Origin: Octopus vulgaris
Taxonomy: Eukaryota
Direction: 5' to 3'
DNA: 64,000 nt
NCBI GenBank assembly: GCA_951406725.2
Contig: OX597832.1
Location: 71,362,001-71,426,000 of the forward strand
This document shows, piece after piece, positions 12,720-25,488 of this stretch (its first letter is position 1; each line of letters starts with the position of its first letter). The notes under the pieces are model-generated. The model worked only from the letters and a program-made list of their open reading frames with translations, ran no database searches and was not told the DNA's origin. The position numbers were made by a program, and so were the translations under genes.

Positions 12720-14435
12720 ATTTTTATTTTTCTCACTGGTCTTGCACACCACATCTGATGCTTCTTAGGTCCAACTTTTCTCTCAAGGTACTTACAGTGA
12801 TGGGTATGCACACTGACATTACACATCCATCAGAGCATAGTAGCTTCATTCCTTGCTAGCTTATGCTTGTCCTCAGCAATCATGGCCCATGTTTCACTGC
12901 CATGTAGCATGGCTGTTCATACACATGCGTCATACGCTCTCTAACCCTTTGTCACCAGCAGAGGTAAGAGCTTTCTGAACTTTGCTCAGGCTATTCTCAT
13001 TCTAGTGGCTACACTTTCAGCGCACCCTCCCCTGCTACTGACTTGGTCACCTAGGTAATGGAAGCTATCAACTACTTCTAGATTTTCTCCTTGGAATGTG
13101 GCAGAGGTTGTTCTCTGTACCTTTTCAGTGTTTATTGTTCCTGAGCATCTGCCACATACAAAAACTATCTTCTCATTTAAACTTCCTTTGATATTGCTGC
13201 ACCTCTTATGGGTGCATCTTATAGAGTTTCTACCTATGCCTTTTCTACAAATCGAGCAGGACCATCTACCTGAAGGGATTTGTGGTTTGCCTACCTTCCT
13301 ACTTATTGATACTTTGGTTTTAGCTAGGTTGACTCTAAGGCCCTTTGATTCTAATCCTTGTTTCCACACTTGAAACTTCTCCTCTAGTTCTGATAGTGAC
13401 TTAGCAATTAGAGCAAGGTAGTCAGCATAGAGGAGCTTCCAGGAGCATCCTGTCTTGAATACCTCCGTTATTGCCTGGAGGACTATGATAAATAGGAGGA
13501 GGCTGAGGACTGAACCTTGGTGGACCCCTACCTCTACCCAGAATTCTTCACTGTACTTGTTGCCAACCCTCACCTTACTGACAGTGTCCCTGTACATGGC
13601 TTGCACAGCTCTCACTAACCATTCATCTATCCCTAGTTTCCTCATTGACCACCAGATAAGGGATCAACAACTTTCTCCATGTCAATGAAAGCCAGGTACA
13701 GAGGTTTATCGTTGGATTGGTATTTCTCCTTCAGCTGTCTTACCAGAAATATAGCAACAGTGGTGCTTTTCCCTGGCATGAACCCAAACTGCATCTCATC
13801 TAAACTCTCTCCCTAATTAGTTGGGCTATGACCCTTCCCGTGACCTTCATTACCTGATCCAACAGCTTGATACCTCTGTAATTATTTGTATCTAAAATGT
13901 CACCTTTACCTTTGTAGCAGTTGACTATTATGCTGCTACACTTTCATTAGGTATGACTCCTTCATGTATCACCTGGTTAACTATACGAGTGACTAGGCTA
14001 TAGCCGACACTGCCAGATATTTTGAGCATCTCTGCAGTAATTCCTGATGGGCCGGGGGCTTTCGCTGTCTTCATACTCTTAATTGCTTTATCTACCAAGG
14101 TACTGTCAACTCGGGTAGCTGGTCCCTCTGTTGGGTCGACGTTCGGCAGACTCTCTCATTCATTTTCTTTATTCAGCAACCTTCCATAGTGGCATCTCCA
14201 AACCTCTCTCTTTGCATCCTCATTTAGTGCAAGAGAACCATCATCCATGCAGACACATTTCTCTCCTACATCATGATTCTCTCTCACACACTGTCTTGCA
14301 ACATAAAATACCTGAAGTCTCTGGTCCTCACGGTGCAGAACATTGGCAAATTTTTTCTTATCTGCTTCCCCTCTGGCTAAGTAAACCTGTCTCCTAGCTT
14401 CCCTTCTGGCAGTCTGATACAGTTCCCTGCTACCA
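12720..14435 (-). mobile_element. RTE-clade LINE family 2, RT fragment
   Basis: ORF 12986-13645: GVHQGSVLS, LLYADY (decayed YADD), LRVNLAKTK, FHYLG; a Cys/His-rich insert follows the RT core. Confidence 0.9.
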
Positions 14436-17400
14436 CCGATACAAAAGAAATTTTTGCACGTGATCTAAGGCCTATTTAGCTGCTATTTTTAGCACATCTC
14501 ATACTACACGTACTCTAAGCATTTAATAATCAACACGTGGTAGGCAACTTGGTAACAGCTTGGCTTTTTATTATGGAAACAGGAACCTATATGTCTGTGG
14601 CTTTCGATTGGCAAAAATTACTCAAAATTTGCAAGCTTTAACAGCTATTAGCTCTTTATTTATTGATTTATGGCAAAAATGAATTTCATGTCAATGATAA
14701 CTTTACAAAAGTACACCAATAAGCCAAATATGAAATCAATTAGAACAAAAATTGAAGAAATTAAAAAATGCCAGCCAAACAGAAAAGATCCTGGAATCAT
14801 TGTATTGAGTATATTCTTTATTCCCTCTTGGCGTTTTTATCACTGTGTCTGAATTTTACTTACCGGATATTCTTGCAGATGTAAATTTCGTTTTTCTTTG
14901 AGAAATATTGGTGAAATTTTGTCAATGAAAATTATATTGTGCAATGAATATTATTTTGTAGACTATTAAAATCAGATGTGATGTTTTCTTTTCCGGTTTT
15001 GAATATAATCGGGATTCAAATTTTGTTCTCTCTCTCTTCTACTAAAGAATCTGCTGTAACTTACAAATGTTTTTAATATCTTTAATTTACGTTTTTAATG
15101 CTTAAAAAAAGGAATTAGTTTTCACATTTTGTTTGTTTTTAAATATATGTCTATATGCAATTCTGAGAAACGTATCAGATATCAGGTGATGGAATGTTCT
15201 AGAAACAACAACTAGATCTCCATTTTCACCTTTTCATTTGACAATATTTTCATCCTTTTTTCATTTCACTGAAAAGGCTTCTCCCATTGTTTTTAAGTGC
15301 GTAGGGGAAAAAACATTAAGCCGGAGAGGAGAGGGAGAGGAGAAGAGGATAAAACCATAAATTTTCGAAATTCTTTCATAAAAAACTTACCCTTATCACT
15401 TCTAAGACAGTGATGCAGGAAAAAAAAAAAGAAAATTGGAAAAATCTCCATCAAAACAGAAAATTGAACTTAAGAGGGTGTCTTGATATGAAACTCCATC
15501 ATTTATAGCTATTTTTAATAGTCCATTAAAATTTTATTTAAATGTTGCTATATCCCAAAATCTTAGGACTTTTTTTTAGTTCTTTACCTATAACAAATGT
15601 GTCAAAACTCAAGCCCCTGTGTCTAGTGATACCTAGTAACATTAGAGTTTTTTTTTTTTCATTTCTGTTTGGAGCTCCTAATCTCTAAAAAGGGGCTTCT
15701 TGTTCTGTGAACCATTGGTATCCTGTCTTTCAGTTATTCTATTGCGTTAGATGGAATTTGTCCTGTTGCTGTACCATATACTTTGGTATGTTGGTATGAT
15801 CTTAAGTTTCCTATGCTTTGAAATGTTTTGCTTATTTCTTTTATTAAGTCTTTCTATAAATATGGTTATTGTATCAAGTAATTTTTACAAAAACATTAAT
15901 GTACATACATACTTGCATACATATTCATGCCAATAATAATTGGAGCACTAGGTTTTGTTAGTAAATGCTTAAGGAGAATCTGGATAAATTGAGATTTTCA
16001 GAAAGAGAAATCGACCAGCTAATTTGTACATTATAAGTGCAATCTGTGAGTAAAAATATGCAAGATTTTTCTCAAGTTCCAAACGTGAATTTGTTTGTTG
16101 GAAACTAGCTCCCTCCTCAGCAGAAGATTTATAATAATTAAAAAATAGAAGTGACATACATACATACATACATACACACTTGCTTGCTCCCTCCCTCCAC
16201 TCCAAACCACAACTGCTTGTGATGAAGATATATATTTTTTAAAAGGTTGATAATTATATAGAAATTCCCACTTATTGTTTTAAGGAAACGTTGCTCTCAC
16301 CAACATTTACAAAGAAGCTTCCATGAAGTTGCTTCACCTGTTAAACATAGCATCCAAACATCCCTCAAATCAAATTACACATTGCCACCGTGAAAAGGAC
16401 ATACTTAATAATGTAGTCTAAGAAACATTAGTATTGAAATAAAAACTGGAAGGTTCACGGCTTGAATGCTTTTGAGTATCATTCTGCCAGATTAAGGTCA
16501 GCTTAAGGATAAATATCAACAACTCATACCAACACTGCCAAATCCCAGGGATCTAGAAGCTGAAGCTGCAACATTATATAGACTCATCACACAACTATAC
16601 ACACTTTCAAAATCCTACAAATACTTATTCCAAACATCACCAACCCACATATTCCCCACACAGTTTTAGCTCCATCCATCACTACCTGTTTATGAACAAA
16701 ATACTAAATATTTTCAAATTTAACACAAAAATGATGGTTATTAAGTAGTTCATAAAGTTAAAAGAGTGAGTAGTAAGACATTATTTATAGAATAATTTAG
16801 GACCAAAAAGATAATAAAATTCATAATATCATTCTTACTTCATCAAAATAACATGTTATTAATTTCAATTTTTAATATTTATTCCCTAAAAATATGAAAC
16901 CAATAAATCACAAACTAATTTAATACCTCAATTATAAAAAGCAATATGTACTTTCAGTTGAAATCTTCATTATATTAACAAACACAGGTATATCATAATG
17001 TTTGTATTTTTCACTTTTACTGCAGTTTTAATTATTTTAACCAAAGCAAGAGTTTATGATAAATTAAATATTTCCCTACTTAACACTAATTAATAACAGA
17101 AAAATTTCTATTTCAAAATAGTTAATAGCAAGCACACGCAAATATCAGATCTGCATAGAAAGCTATCAGGTAAGTTTCATTAATTTTGCACATCTAAATT
17201 TATGAAATAATGATTTGTTCAAACATATTTTTATGTCTTTATTTGATATTTTTAATTTTCTAACTGCAAACATGTTAAAATCAATACATTTACATATGAT
17301 ATTAAGAGCCTAATAAAATAAGTATATCACTTTTTATTTGTAAATAATGAGCAGTTAATTGTGAAAACAGATGGACTTATAAATATTTCTTCTTGATTAC

Positions 17401-18632
17401 TTAGATTTTATTTCATTCATTTACCTTTCCATTAACATTTTACAATATTTGACAAAAGAGATTGAACAAAGTTAATTCATAGAGCTAGAGTTTGTTCAAC
17501 TTTCTATGTTGATAAGTGATAGACATGCCTAATCTTTAAAAGTATACCAATCTGTTATCTTTTATTCCTCATAACCAGCTGAACAGGGATTTAATGATCC
17601 ACTTACCCACTATATCAAGCTAGCTTGAAAAACTAATCATGGAGACCCTAACCTTTCTTTGTTGTTATTGTTGTTTTTTAGCTGCTAAATCAGCTCAAGT
17701 TGAGCAGATCTCTAATCAAAGGAATTCTAGTTGTTACCATCCTATTTTCCTTCTTTTCCTCAGACATATTGTACTAGGCCTAAAATAGTAATGACTGATT
17801 TGAGGATGTTGTCACTATTATATCTCAGGTTATGCAACTATGAAGAGGCCTCTCTCATTCACACACATTTTTAAAATGTCTAGATCAAAAGTCATTTTAT
17901 CAGTTTATCTTTCTTTCAGCTATAGTGTATTCATTTTATTTCTTTTATGTCACATTTTGGTAACAGATTTTCAACAAGCCAATATCTGTTTACTACAACT
18001 AAAAGAGCAAGAGTGATAAGGAATTGTCTGTGCAAATCAAATGGAACAAATATCACAACAGGCTTCATTAATAAGCACCTGTTTATCGGTTTTCTTGTTG
18101 ATGTTTAGATCTTTCACAAATATAAATTGTTGAAATACATCACCTACTACATACACACACATATATATCATGGGCTTCTACATAGTTTCTATTTATCAAA
18201 TTCCTCTCACATTGGTGAATCCAGGATTACAGTAAGAGACTTGCCCAAGGTGCTGCATTGTGGGATGTAACTCAAGACCACATGATTCTGAAGTGAATTT
18301 CTTAACCACTCAGACTCTCTTGCCCCCTGCTAACAACAGAGGATCACATTATCCAATGTGTCATTCAAATGTGAAAACAGTAAGGTATCAGCTAAAGTAA
18401 ATTTGGCTGCTATTTCTACCAAGATAAGTGGTTGCATAGAGGCTTCTTCCTTAGCTCACAGCCATAGCCATAAGTTGAGTTCATTTATTTGGCTGAATGG
18501 TGATTTACATTTTCAGATAAAGTACAATGACATAATTCCCTAGTTCACCAGTTTGCATCTTTTTTCAGTCCTTAAGTAGATATCCTTGTAGTATTGAATT
18601 TTCTATAATTATTTTATATTGTTTTGTTAATA

Positions 18633-19031
18633 TCTTTATATATAAAAGTGAAGTTGTGTGTCTGTCTCCTACGATTTAGATTCCTAACTACTCCCGTATT
18701 TTGCAGTGCAGTTTAACCAAAAGCGGGTATCTTATAGTCATGATTCATATTGAGCCCTTCTGGGTATTAGCGCGCGTCTACGATGAGTCTACGATTTTAA
18801 AAATAATTTACCATCATTTTTTCCATTTTAATGCATTTTTTCGCTATTATATAAGGGAAGTAACTCTCTAAAAATGTCTACGATGAGTCAACGATTTTTA
18901 AAAAAATTTACCATAATTTTTTTCCATTTTTAAAATGCATTTTTTTTGCTATTTTTTGGCTATAACTCTCTAAAAATGCTTATATAGTTATTTCCCTTAC
19001 AAACCCGAGCAACGCCGGGCGATACTGCTAG
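18633..19031 (+). mobile_element. Non-autonomous Helitron (399 bp)
   Basis: A|TC start, 3' hairpin cccgagcaacgccggg, CTAG|T end, no TSD. Confidence 0.88.
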
Positions 19032-19399
19032 TTAACAATAGAATGATGTTATATCAGGTATAGCTTTATGAGAGTTTGAAGGACACTGTAGTGGAACAGT
19101 TTGCTATTTATTATGAGGTGCAGATAAAGTGACTTCATCATAAAAGATGCAATCTATTGATGTAAACAAGCTTAGCATAACTTGAAAGACAATCCTAATC
19201 ACTGGAGTAAACTATTTCTAACTACAAACTAAAATTTTTGTTGTCTGTGAAATATCTAATCCTTTCATCTCCGGAATACCCACATTATCATAATTTTGGC
19301 TTCTTCAGATTGAATTTAGAAATAAGCTTCCACTTCTAACTGTAACTGCTGAGAGTTCATTCTTTTGAATATTCGCTGACTCATACTTAGCAATTTATA

Positions 19400-22300
19400 T
19401 GGAAGCAATATTCATATCTTACTCCACTTGGAATCACTCCTTTGAAGACTGCCACTTCATTAAAGGTGAAATTAATAAACTGCTGACTGCTGCCAACAAA
19501 CCTGGTGTAAAGAAGCATTTAGTGACTGATGACACATCTGCTAAAAGATATTCACAATTAGATGCATGTTCTATTCTGTCCGTTTGTGATATTTAAGCCA
19601 AATTCATGGAAATGATCATTTTGATATAGTCCAGCATAGTGTCAAGTACTCTGGCCTCCTAGAGTGTAAGATTTTACAGGGTTTTGTTGAGGCAAATAAT
19701 GAATTGTTATAATTTATGTGATTGCTATTTGGAGTGAAAAATGGAAAACAAAAAATTTTTAAGCAGAGTGATGAAGAGGTGATATGTGGAGAAATTATGA
19801 AAATCCACGAGGAAAATATGCAAGCTTTCCTCAAAAGTATTTGAGAGACAGGACTTTTACTTTACTCCCCACCCATAATATAAAATCAATATGACAGTAA
19901 TCATTTGTAGGTTATGATTTTAGAGAAGACAAGATATTGCTTGACCCTGAGAGAATGTAACCTCTACTTGGGTTTTGTATCTAGAAACTTCAAGGAATTT
20001 GAGCCTTTTATTCTGCAGCATTCAAAATAAATAAAAAGTTTTACTGAACTTGCAATAAACTTCTATGAAGCTACACAATATCAATATTTTTCAATGTCAA
20101 CTGAATGTCTTGAATCAGTTATGAAACTGAAAGAACTGAAAGACTGTTGCAATAGCTTTGTTATCTACTCCAACACCTGCTTCACTATTTACTCCTGAAA
20201 CAAATATGCCTACCACACCAAAATGGACAGCCAATTTGCTTCTATTCATTGAAAAGAAAATGATCCAAAGAGAGTTAAAATCCTGTACAATAATCAAATC
20301 AGTTGAAGATAATTTGCAACATTACCACTTACCACAAAAATTCAAATTTATTTCAGATCAACAAGCAATAGCTTTCTTATTTATTAACTAACCTAAATCT
20401 GTTATTAAAATGCTACACTGTGTCAGCAAAATCCAGAAATAGAGAATTTTGGTACGTAAGCTTTAAGCACAATTTCTGCAGTTGTTAATGCTAAGGAAAT
20501 GATGTCAAAGGATGAAGTGGTAGATAAAACAAAGAAGCTTCACAAAGAGATGGGTCTGAGATAAACAAATGGCTTATATGAAAAAATTAAGTCATAATAG
20601 CCAATTAAGATCATACGTAGATTGTGTTATAAATGTATTGGGTCATCTCATAGATAATGGGTTTTTTTTATACTTCTTTTATTTTCAGTGAACAGGTCAA
20701 GGTCTCAAAGCGACGAAAATATTTCGACAAATTAAATTTAAATGTTGAAGTGAATCTAATGGTTTTGTCTGTTTCTTAAATGGCTTATAAACACCTTCCA
20801 CGCTGCAATGATAAACAAAGTTCTTTATTAATCTAAAATATACTCTCCTTCATTTTCTACAATGCTCTTCCATCTATCTGGTAGACTTGCAAGGCCCCTC
20901 TTCCAAAATTCACTTGTCTGTGATGAAAAATACCTCTCCAGTACTATTCTGACCTCATCTACAGTCATATTTTTTTCCTTTCAAATGATTTTGAAGACTA
21001 CGGAACAAATGATAATCAGATGGGGTAATTCCCAGGGAATATGGTGGGTGGGGCATCGTTTCCCATTCAAACTGCTTCAGCCTTTGGAATGTCATCCTCG
21101 TTGTATGTGGCCAAGCATTATCCTGATGGAAGAACACCTTTTGTCTTGAAACCAAAAATAGTTGTTTTTCTTCTTGCTCTGATTTAAGCCACTCAAGCTG
21201 TTTGCAGTAGATCTCCTTTGCTATGGTTTGGTTTGGGTTTGGAAGTGGACTAAACCTTTCATATCTCACCAAACAGATGATAATACCTTACGTAGGTGGA
21301 GACCTTCCTTAGCCTGAGGTGCCTGTGTTTCTTCTTTCCCTATCCAATGTCTTCGGCACTTGACATTTTTTATAGAGAACCCATTTCTTGTCACAAGTCA
21401 TTATTCGGTCCAAAAAAAGCTTATTCATGAGATGTAACAGCAAAGAAGAGAGCACACTTGCATTCATTGCATGTAAATAGACTCAGAAAGTTTGGGAAGA
21501 ACCCATTGACTCAATTTGCTGACTTTTCCGATGGCACGCAGGTGTCAATGAATGGTTGATTGACCAAATCCAAGCTTCTCTGCTAGTTCCTCAACATTTA
21601 CGATGGGATTTTGTTCCATCAGATTTAGCAGGATGTCCATATCGAGCTCTACAGATCTTCCAGGATGAGGCACATCTTCTAGGCTGTAGTTTCTGGCTCA
21701 GAATTTCTAGAACTACCTTTGAACTGGCTTATGCTTATTGTCCTATCCTCATATACTGCATTAATATTTCTCACACTTTCGATTGCGTTATTGTATTTAT
21801 TAAATTCATAAAGCAAAATATGCAGAATATGCTCCTTTGTCACTTACATTATAGCTTTGAAAAAATAACTGTTAAGATCAAACTGCACTCTTCAAAACTT
21901 GCACTAAGAATAAGCACAGGGTTAAATTACTACCTGATGTTATAGCAAGTTAATGCAGATAGTTTATCCCATCCCCCTCCAACTTTTAGTTCATGCAATT
22001 AAAACACATTATTTATGGGATGACCCAATGCAAAGCTAAAACTTCACCTCATCAAAATTACAATTAGTCAACCTATATACAACCAACAAAATTTGACAAT
22101 AACTTTGACTTGATATTGTAGGATGAATGAGTAACTCTTACATTTTGACAACACTTGATGAGTTTATTCATTACTCTTTCATATTTGTCTAAAGAGAATC
22201 AAATTCTTGAGCTGTTATTCAGTATCTCTCCACATTATTCATTTAGCCCAGTGCTCTAAGTTTTGTTCATAGTAACCATGGCATGCAATCTGAAAACACT

Positions 22301-22600
22301 GGAATTTTCAAGTAGATGAAATATTCATAAGACTAGAATAACTCCTTATCATTCATCATCAAATGGACAACATGAATGTTATTATGGAGTTATATAGAAA
22401 ACTATTCAGTTACATCCAATGCAAACAAACGAGCTGATAAAACTGAATGACTCCCACTGGCTTTAATGAAAATCAGATCTTTGCCTTCTAGAGTTTTAAA
22501 TGCTTCACAACATAATATTTAACTTTATACACAGCTCAACACTAAAAAGGTCAAATGATTTTATCCTTAATTCACTGGCATAGGTTAAACTCCTTCCTAA
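19400..22600 (+). pseudogene. Highly decayed Ty3/Gypsy pol (RT-RNaseH-integrase) split by a mariner
   Basis: Relics in RT-RH-IN order: VEANNELL*F..LFGVKNG, ICG..IHEENM, DPERM, KFKFISDQQAIAFLF, LH...CYKC, YILTTLDEF, RITPYHSSSNGQHE. No LTRs recognised. Confidence 0.7.
20638..22028 (-). mobile_element. Full-length decayed mariner (DD34D), 1391 bp
   Basis: Imperfect TIRs ttgggtcatctcatagataatg / cattatttatgggatgacccaa; TA left, TG right; ORF 20955-21272 has HQDNAWPH and HPPYSLGITPSDYHLF. Confidence 0.9.
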
Positions 22601-23470
22601 TTGCATTTCTCCTTAAAAATCAGTAAACAAGTTTGACTAAAAATGATCCATTGATGGAAAACATGCAATTACGATACATCCTAAAGATAAACAATGGCTA
22701 CTAACTTTTCATTATATTTTATGTTGTACTTTGTAATTTTACTCACAAATCATTAACTTTAGACATTTCTAAATGTTCTTTCTTTTTTATGAGATGGTGA
22801 ATGTAGTAGTGAGCATTGTATGATTATTTTATCTTGATATGTCAAGTACTAACAGTACAATGGTATGAATTCACATGTAGTTTTGCAAAAGTTTGGTGAA
22901 CATGTGAACTGACCTGTAGTAGAACAGCTCATTATTTATCATAAAATGCAAATGAAGCAACATTATTTAACAACTTGTGTATTGTGAAATAGGTCATTGA
23001 TTGAAGATTGACATTTAGAAATTGCAGGTTATATGTAAGAAGAAGGTTCCAGGTATGCATCTCTTCTGGAGATGTTAGTCATTTTTATTCTGATATTGTC
23101 TTATGGTTGATTCATTGTAGGATCATCAGTTTTATTCTTACCACAATAGCAATTTAACCAAATTGTTTACAGTAGATATTGTCACCAGTTAAATAGCTAG
23201 TGTATTTGAAAAGTAGTAAGGAGACTACTATATCTCAGTTGGCATAGCTTCAAATAGAGACAGTTACTTCCTAACTTGCTGATTTTAATCTTATGATAAT
23301 GCTACGGGGGATATCAATAAAGGAGAAATGTCAATGATAACATTTGACAAGTATTCACATCAAATCATACAATGGAAATTTGTTGGTATGAAGAGCATAT
23401 ATTAAGGTAGTCAAAATGTGAAGTGATGTTCTTTCTGCTTCATGACATTGGTAATAACTAACCAACTCTA

Positions 23471-23677
23471 GAGAGGGACTCTTGAAGTCAAAACTACCAT
23501 AATAAACACATTGTACTGAACACGAGGGAATGCAACTCTCAAAACAAGCCTTTTAAAACCAAATTCAGCTGCAGATCATATGATTTCATAATTAGTGCAC
23601 AAAATGCACTTTTTAATCTTCAGTGCAAGCATAATCAAGGTGTTTATTATGGCAGTTTTGACTTTAGGAGTCCCTCC
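23471..23677. mobile_element. MITE with ~39-bp TIRs and TA target duplication
   Basis: gagggactcttgaagtcaaaactaccataataaacac versus gtgtttattatggcagttttgactttaggagtccctc; TA on both flanks. Confidence 0.8.
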
Positions 23678-23870
23678 TAGTGCGAGGCATTTATGTATAG
23701 AAATGCCTTTAATATATATATAGTAAAAGCAATTAAGATTCAAGTGAGTTCTGTTGAATTCACATGAATGCGGTACTTAACTTAGATGCACCAGAAATCT
23801 ATATGGTATTAACCATAAGATAATGCGGGGTGATTATAAACAAGAAAAAAGCAACAAAAATGGATCAATA

Positions 23871-23960
23871 TTTCGGTACAATTGTTTCGTACGAAGACCA
23901 GCTTTATTAAGGCTGCAAATATTGCAGTAAATATAAGTGACCCGTACTCATCAGCCGAAA
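23871..23960 (-). ncRNA. Type I hammerhead ribozyme motif
   Basis: UUUCGG-CUGAUGA-GUACG...CGUAC-GAAAC-AAUU-GUA-CCGAAA on the minus strand. Confidence 0.85.
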
Positions 23961-24590
23961 AAACATCTGAGTTCTCCAAACATCTAAGGGGGTGAGGTTA
24001 CACTCCTGAAACATCAGGGATTGTTCTATAAAAATCAGATTTAGATAACAAACGTAAATCCATCCATATTGAAGTAAGTTTGATTTCTGGAGATATGAGG
24101 AGAGATTTCATACTCACAGACTATGCATTTATCCATAATTAGTCCATAATAAAGTGTGTTTCCTGATGTATGATGATATACTGGTTACATTTCTGAAAAT
24201 TTCTCAAAACTGCTATGTTAGAATTTTGTTTGTTGAAGGAAAGTTAGTGGAGCATAGAGACAATCACTCACATAGGGTATAATGGGGTAACTGAGAGGGG
24301 AAGGGGATGTGAATATCCAACTACGCAGAATAGTTTAGTCTGTGAGTATGAAATCTCTCCTCATATCTCCAGAAATCAAATTTACTTCAATATGGATGGA
24401 TTTACAATTTCATTTTCTGGGAAACTAAAAGGTTTTTTAAAATACTTTTTTAAAACCTGTTATATGACTGTGCAACATTAAAGAACTTTGGAAGTCCGTT
24501 TGTTATCTAAATCTGATTTTTATAGAACAATTCCTGATGTTTCAGGAGTGTAACCTCACCCCCTTAGATGTTTGGAGAACTCAGATGTTT

Positions 24591-24680
24591 TTTCGGCTGA
24601 TGAGTACAGGTTACTTATATTTACTGCAATATTTGCAGCCTTCATAAAGCTGGTCTTCGTACGAAACAATTGTACCGAAA
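24591..24680 (+). ncRNA. Type I hammerhead ribozyme motif
   Basis: tttcgg CTGATGA gtac...gtac GAAAC aatt GTA ccgaaa; predicted cleavage after 24674. Confidence 0.85.
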
Positions 24681-24721
24681 TATTGATCCATTTTTGTTGC
24701 TTTTTTCTTGTATATATATAT

Positions 24722-25446
24722 ATATATATATAAAACTGAAATGCGTTTTTACCGCTTGGATCGCTTTCAAGGCCACTACATCCCATCCAATTCACTCCAA
24801 AATTTACAGGGACCATGTAAAATGAGGTGACGATGCCCATGGGCTACCTTACAAATCCCTATCTTAAAAGGTGTCGTTGCTAGGGGCCAAAAACCCACTT
24901 TGACAAGTCCACTTCCGTTCTTTTACGTATATGTCTTCCTCACTCACTCACGCTATTTCCTCCATTCCCCTCTAACTCCCCTTCAGTTTCCCTTTATAAG
25001 TTCGTCAATCAGCGTTCTTTTATGTATCTGTCTGCATTCATAGAGAGAATTATCAACAACACACAAGCATGAGAACAAATATTATGAATCAGATATTTCT
25101 TGCGTTCATTTATGTGTGTGTGTGTGTGTGTTCTATATATAAATATGTATATATAATGTATATATACAAAGTGTATATATCTGTATTTATGTATATTAAA
25201 CTTTTTAATACTTTTTGATAGTTATATATATTTTTAAACAAATTATAAATATAATTTAATAATTTTTATTTTAAATTTAAATAATTTAATTTTTTCAATT
25301 TTATATATTATATATTTTCTATATTATATTTTTATTTTCATGTTTTTGTTTTTGGTTTTTCACTGTTTGATTTGCCTATTAGTGGTTTTATCTCTAATTA
25401 AATTTATACATATATAATTTGTATACATTTGTATATATAATGCGTG

Positions 25447-25488
<42 letters not shown>

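Larger units (their letters stand above)
23720..24710. mobile_element. ORF-less fold-back element (Penelope-like inverted pseudo-LTRs) between (TA)n runs
   Basis: Arm 23841-24123 is inverted at 24336-24710, with ~91 extra nt at 24406-24496. One hammerhead per arm. One-sided tail 23720-23840 resembles 47728-47825. Confidence 0.75.
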
